From the human T2T-CHM13v2.0 reference genome, Homo sapiens, in NCBI GenBank assembly GCA_009914755.4, contig CP068257.2, forward strand, positions 29,344,001-29,408,000: DNA of 64,000 nucleotides, written 5' to 3'. Below are positions 59,005 to 64,000 of this stretch, piece after piece. The notes under the pieces are model-generated. The model worked only from the letters and a program-made list of their open reading frames with translations, was not told the origin of the DNA and did no database searches. The translations under genes and the position numbers were made by a program. Position 1 is the first letter of the stretch. Each line of letters starts with the position of its first letter.

Positions 59005-61700
59005 CTAATTTTAAGCAACACTGAAAAATTATTCCTAACCAATGTTCTGAACCTTATCAGACCCCAGCTTATTTTGCCACATAGGATTAGTGCCAATTAG
59101 GTTCCAGCACAAACAGGTGTTTTTAAAGCCTCCAGTCCTGGCATCATGGGGGGTAGAGAATGTCATCTCTCTCTGGGTCATCCGAATCGTTCTTAAAGGC
59201 TTCCTTTAAGACGTGAGCTTGGCATTCTATTTAGCTGGTGAATTGGGGATGAATGTACATTTTTCTTCTAAGCCTTGAAAGTTTAATCCATTCTGTGCAA
59301 GATAAATCTCAGCAGGCATTTGGGGAAAGTTGAATTTACTGAGAGGTTCATATGTGGTACATTATTTTTGTCAAATAGAAGATACTAGCTGCCAATGGGG
59401 TTATAAAAGCAACTGCCTGGCCAAGATTTGTGCTGATCACTATGTTTATCACCCTCATGAGTAACTCCTAGTTCTCAAGTCATTGTTTTTCCATATACAT
59501 TTTTCAGACATATTCATTAGTATGAGGAATGTTTGATATCAACATCAATTTTGTTAAATCTCCGATCAGCTATCCCAAACACATCAGGCAACACTATTGA
59601 AATGCTGAAGGCTTTATATAAAATCATGAATACTGTTGCCTAACTAAAATATCTTTGAGAAACACAAAGGATATTAGTAACTGTATATCTTTACTTATCC
59701 AAACCATTTTAATAGAGTAGATAAATTAATTAAAGGATGGCAAACACCATTTTTGTTAATATATTTGCATCTTTCCTATCAGCATAACAAATTTTTCTCA
59801 CAATATTCCAAAGAATAATTTAGCCTATTATATAATTTTCAAAATCATCCAGAACAATTTTAGGCATCAAAATTCCCTTTGAAGTTTTGTCAGTATTGAG
59901 CTAGATTTGTTTTCTCTGTTAATCATACACATCTCCTACTCATATTACCCGCAGCACACTCAGCAAATATACTCCGTGTCCACTGAGCAAAATGCACTTC
60001 CTATGTAAGCTAAAGAGAGAAACCCATAGGTAAGAAGTTTCTTAATTCATGTTTTTCACTTGATTTTCTTTGTGGTTACTGTTTAACTTTCTTTAGGTCT
60101 TATTCTTTCAGATACGATTAGATTTGTGACTAACAATACTAATAACATGTATATATCCTAAAGTTGAGGCTTAGACACATTAGGAGAAACTTTCCTAATC
60201 TCCTAAATTTTGGAATAGAAACTCACCACTCCCTTCTCAAAGACCTCCCTTCCCCACCTATGTCTCTATTATGGGCTGCTATATTTTGAGTTTCTTGACA
60301 CCAAAAGCGATGTATTATTCATTTGAAATTTCCATATGACGTAGCCAGCATGTAATACAAAGTAGGTCCTCAAAAAAATTTGAACTATCTGAATTATCTG
60401 CTCCTAGAAGGCACTTTTGAAATCATGGAATATTATCAATTTTTAGACCATTTTAAATTGAAATATAACAAACATGCTGAAAAATACACACAACATAAAT
60501 TTAATAACTTAGAAAGAACCTCCATGTAACCACTTCCAGATCAAAACATGGAAAATTGCCAGCACCTCAGAAGTCCCCCTCAAGTCCTCCCATGAATACT
60601 GTCTTCCCAAAGGTAACGACTATCCTGACTTCTAACCCTGTAATGTCGTTTTTCTTGTCTAAAAACTTAAATAAATGGGCTCATACTGTATTTATTCTAC
60701 TATGCCTGGGTCCTTTCACTCCACATTATGATCGTGAGGTTCAGCCAGGTTGTTGCCTATAGCTCTAGTTTGGCCATTGTCATTGCTGTGTAATATTCCA
60801 TTGTAAGACTATACTGCAATTTATTTTTCCATTATACTGTTGATAGACATTAGGTTGTTTATGGTGAAGTCCAGACGTGCACATTTTCCAGTTATGTGGC
60901 AAATATCTGTAGCTTGCCTTGAAAGCAAATAATTTTTCATTTATGCTTCTTGACAAAATGCAAGGCATTCTGCCTGACCCTGTAAGGGTGTACATATGGA
61001 GTGCTACTGTTGAGGTTTTTTGTCAGCTGCTGGGGCAAAAATAAACTCCACCTAGGGTGGGAGATATTTGACCAGAGTGTGTGAGTATGTGTGTGTATAA
61101 GAGGAAATGGGGTGAGAAGAGGGTGGAGAGCTATAAAAGAACACCATTATCCCCAAATTATCCCCAAACCACTGGACAGATTAAAAATGATTTTATATTA
61201 TAACACTGATGAGCAAGTTTCTTAATCCACAAATATTCTTGACTGCCTTATACATGCCAGGTATTGTCATGACCACAGAATATACAATGGTGAATTAACA
61301 CACACACAGATCCTGGAAGCTTGGGTCTGGTTCTGTGAAATGAATCAATAGAAATGAAACCAAGTGAGATATACCAGCCACAGAAAGACAAATACTGCCC
61401 GATTCCACTTTACATGAGGCATCCAAAAGAGTGAAATTTGTAGAATCCAAGAGTAGAATGGCAGTTACCAAGGGCTGGGTGAAGGGAGAAATAGGCAGTT
61501 ACTGACAAAGAGGCATGAAGTTTAAGTCAGGCAAGGTGAACGGACCTTAGAGATCAGCTATACAGTATGGTACCTGTAGTCGACAATAATGTATGGTTGA
61601 CTCAAACAGTTGTTAGGAGGGTAGATCTCATGTTAAGTGTTCTTACCACAGTAAAACAGAAAAAAAAATTAAACCAAATTTGCTCTACTATTAAAATTAG

Positions 61701-61706
61701 TTTATT
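61701..61706 (-). other. Candidate polyadenylation signal (AATAAA) for the KRTAP transcript
   Basis: The plus strand reads tttatt, which is AATAAA on the minus strand, about 307 nt 3' of the stop codon. I found no other canonical AATAAA or ATTAAA between it and the stop. Confidence 0.4.
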
Positions 61707-62012
61707 GAAATAGAAGAAGAGTTGGTGCCATGTTGATATATTAATAAGGGAAGAGAGGGATTCACAGCTTGAAAGGTGGGATTCTAGGTCATTCTACAGG
61801 AAGGGCTCCCCTTGCTGCTGCCACTGATTCTGTTGTGTTTGTTGCCAGAATTGAGTCTTGACTTTGAAGAGTTCACAAGGCACCCTTTGCTGCTTTGTCT
61901 GGTTTATCAAGAAAGTGGCTGCGCAATTCACAGAGGGGGTAAAAAGACCTGAAAGGAGAATTAAGTCAGGATGATAGACAGATTCTAGTGATCCAAAGAA
62001 TGAGTTCACTCT

Positions 62013-62204
62013 TCAGTAGAAGGCAGAGAATCCATATCCTCCGTAGTATAATGGTCGGCAACAGCTGAATCCATAGCCTCCGTAGCCACAGCCATAGCCC
62101 AACCTGCGGAAGCTGCCATAGCCGCAGCCATAGCCATAGCCCCAGCCACCAAAGCCTCCATAGCCATAGCCCAGGCCTCCATAATAGCTTCTGTAGTAGC
62201 TCAT
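62013..62204 (-). CDS. KRTAP19-8: High-glycine/tyrosine keratin-associated protein, KRTAP19 family. Single exon, 63 aa plus stop, intact.
   Basis: The minus-strand ORF reads [63 protein letters not shown]. The Gly/Tyr/Cys composition and the [16 protein letters not shown] core are characteristic of human KRTAP19 HGT-KAPs. The ATG at 62202-62204 sits in a good Kozak context (ACCATGA). The stop is TGA at 62013-62015. The paralog number is inferred from the 63-aa length and the absence of neighbouring KAP genes; it was not verified by alignment. Confidence 0.85.
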   Translation of the reverse strand: MSYYRSYYGGLGYGYGGFGGWGYGYGCGYGSFRRLGYGCGYGGYGFSCCRPLYYGGYGFSAFY

Positions 62205-62279
62205 GGTTCAGCAACTGTAGATGTGTTTGGAGGTCAAGGGCAAGTTTCCTGAGTACAACTATCACCAGCTTCCCTGGGA

Positions 62280-62287
62280 CTTTTATA
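62280..62287 (-). promoter_or_regulatory. TATA box (TATAAAAG) of the KRTAP gene
   Basis: The plus strand reads cttttata, so the minus strand reads TATAAAAG. It lies about 76-83 nt upstream of the ATG. That is consistent with a TSS near 62250 and a ~50-nt 5'UTR, as is typical of single-exon KAP genes. Confidence 0.7.
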
Positions 62288-62383
62288 CATCCTCAGTGAT
62301 TAGTGGGGTAGACTTCTCATGGCGTAGATTCAATTGCATGAAAAAAAACTCACTCATCTTAAAACTGTAGGACAATTCCTGAC

Positions 62384-62391
62384 ACTAATTA
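62384..62391 (-). promoter_or_regulatory. HOX-type TTAATTAG motif (fits the TT[A/T]ATNPuPu HOXC13-like consensus)
   Basis: The plus strand reads ctaattaa, so the minus strand reads TTAATTAG, about 180 bp upstream of the ATG. This is a motif match only. Confidence 0.2.
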
Positions 62392-62447
62392 AAGATGTTT
62401 TCATTCGATTTCTGTGCAGTTTGGATTCCACAGGATGATTATGCTGT

Positions 62448-62455
62448 CTTCAAAG
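62448..62455 (-). promoter_or_regulatory. LEF1/TCF-type CTTTGAAG motif in the KRTAP upstream region
   Basis: The plus strand reads cttcaaag, so the minus strand reads CTTTGAAG, about 245 bp upstream of the ATG. Hair keratin and KAP promoters characteristically carry this motif near -200. This is a motif match only. Confidence 0.35.
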
Positions 62456-64000
62456 CCCTCTTGCTTTGACCATCATAGTTAAAGCTCTATAATCAGACAT
62501 AAGAGCAGCAATCAGCTCCCATTTTGTCACCTAAAATTGTTCTTTCATTACAGCCCCTTCCCAGTATCCAATTCTTAATGTATTCCTTGCACAAATATTT
62601 AATGCCCAACTAATGCATCCCAGGCACTATGCTCAGAGCTAGAGATATGGCTGTAAATAAGAACTGCCCTTCCCAATCCCATGAGTTTTTCCCCTTCATC
62701 TTTGTTATTTAAGTTAGTGAAGTAATAGAAGAGGTACACTTACTGTATAAATCCAACAAAATGTAGCTGATAGCACAAAAGGATCACATTTATTTTTTTA
62801 AGAGAGAGAGAAAAACCCAAATGGAAAAATTTTGTTTCCTTACACATTACTACCCTTTTAACTCAATGTTGTTTATGAAACTTTTGATAGCTCTTAGCTC
62901 TTACTGCAAGACTTTTTCATTATTCAATGTTTATATAGGAAATAACACTAGGGGCAAGAGCCGTGGGTGTGATTTTTGCAAAGTGATACCATATTCTTCA
63001 TCTTTGTAATCTTCTTTTTAAAAAATAATCTTCTAAAGAGATTAACATCTGAGTACTGGATCTACCCATCTGACTCCACAGTCACAGGTAGGCAGGCAGC
63101 CCTCTCTGCCTTACTAAATTCCTAACACAATCAGCAAAGAGGTTTTAAAAAGCTGTTTTCCAAATTCTGGGATTCCATCTTCTGCTCTCTAAGGAAACCT
63201 TAATTAAACTACAATTTACAGAAATATGTAAAATTAAAAATACTTAAATATGACATTTTCTTTTTGAAGAATGAAGCCCACTGAAGTGTTCATGATAAGG
63301 GTCAGAATCACTTCTACTTAGCCATTGGTATCAAAACCAATTTCAAGCACATAAGCAGTACGACTATTCTATATACTATTAATAATCACTTCAGATAGAA
63401 TAATATAATATCAGAACTGGTGTAACCCTCTTACTTTACAGATGATGAAACAGAATTGGAGAAGATTGGTCAGATCACCCAGTGAGTGACAAAACCCAGA
63501 CTAGAACCTAAATCATTCACTTTCACCTGTTTTTTTTCATCATCACATTTTTATAGATGTTGTACAACAAAGGCAAAAGCAAGAAATATTGTATTATCAC
63601 AACAGAAGAATGAAAATGCTCCTTTGCTTTCTCGGTTGGTGAGCTTTCTCATTTTGATTTTTGATCTATATGCTGATTGGTCTGTTCCTTTCCTTTGGGC
63701 CAGAACTCAAAGGACTAAAATTAGCAAGTGGACACTGAAAGTCACATCCACTTATTCTCAATGAGATTACAATGGAGATGCCTGTTGCATTGATTGTTCA
63801 AGAGATGTAAAACTGAGAGGGGAGAACAAAAATAGGTTCAAAAGTTTTGAAGTGGAAAGTTGAAGCCCAACTCTTTCTTGTCTTAGAGTTAAAAGTATAT
63901 GTATTCACTAAGAGATAAATATTAAAGCAAAACAAGATGTAAAATGGGACTCAGTTTTAGCTGAGAACCTGTATCATCAGTGACAACAGCTCTCACATCC

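Noticed and set aside
61966-62265. 99-aa ORF (W/L-rich) on the minus strand overlapping the KAP CDS in another frame
   Set aside because: It is an artefact of the codon-repetitive GGC/TAT/GGA sequence of the KAP gene read out of frame. It has no independent start context. The bona fide frame encodes the Gly/Tyr protein.

Overview
This is human (primate) genomic DNA. The evidence is 22 full-length Alu elements and one free left Alu monomer (about 10% of the window), old L1 fragments, MaLR LTRs (MLT1/MST and THE1 types), an ERV1-type solo LTR, and Alu-tail microsatellites. I could support only one protein-coding feature. It is a single-exon, intact 63-aa high-glycine/tyrosine keratin-associated protein gene on the minus strand at 62013-62204. 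It belongs to the KRTAP19 family and is most likely the isolated distal member KRTAP19-8 of the chr21q22.1 KAP cluster. It has a TATA box about 80 bp upstream of the ATG, a LEF1-type CTTTGAAG motif about 245 bp upstream, and a downstream AATAAA. The remaining ~62 kb, which lies 3' of that gene, is repeat-rich intergenic sequence. I found no second KAP gene or pseudogene, no tRNA or rRNA, no CpG island, and no CRISPR or other prokaryotic features. Items worth a second look: an ~800-bp minisatellite with an 8-bp TRTACATC subunit and a ~29-bp higher-order period, next to a compound TG/TA/CA microsatellite; a cluster of young AluY insertions with intact target-site duplications, one with a 46-nt poly-T; closely spaced inverted Alu pairs; a THE1 LTR nested inside a DNA-transposon MITE; and a CpG-retaining solo LTR. 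I see no sequence evidence for a novel or undescribed biological system. All calls come from reading the sequence against remembered consensus sequences and were not verified by search.
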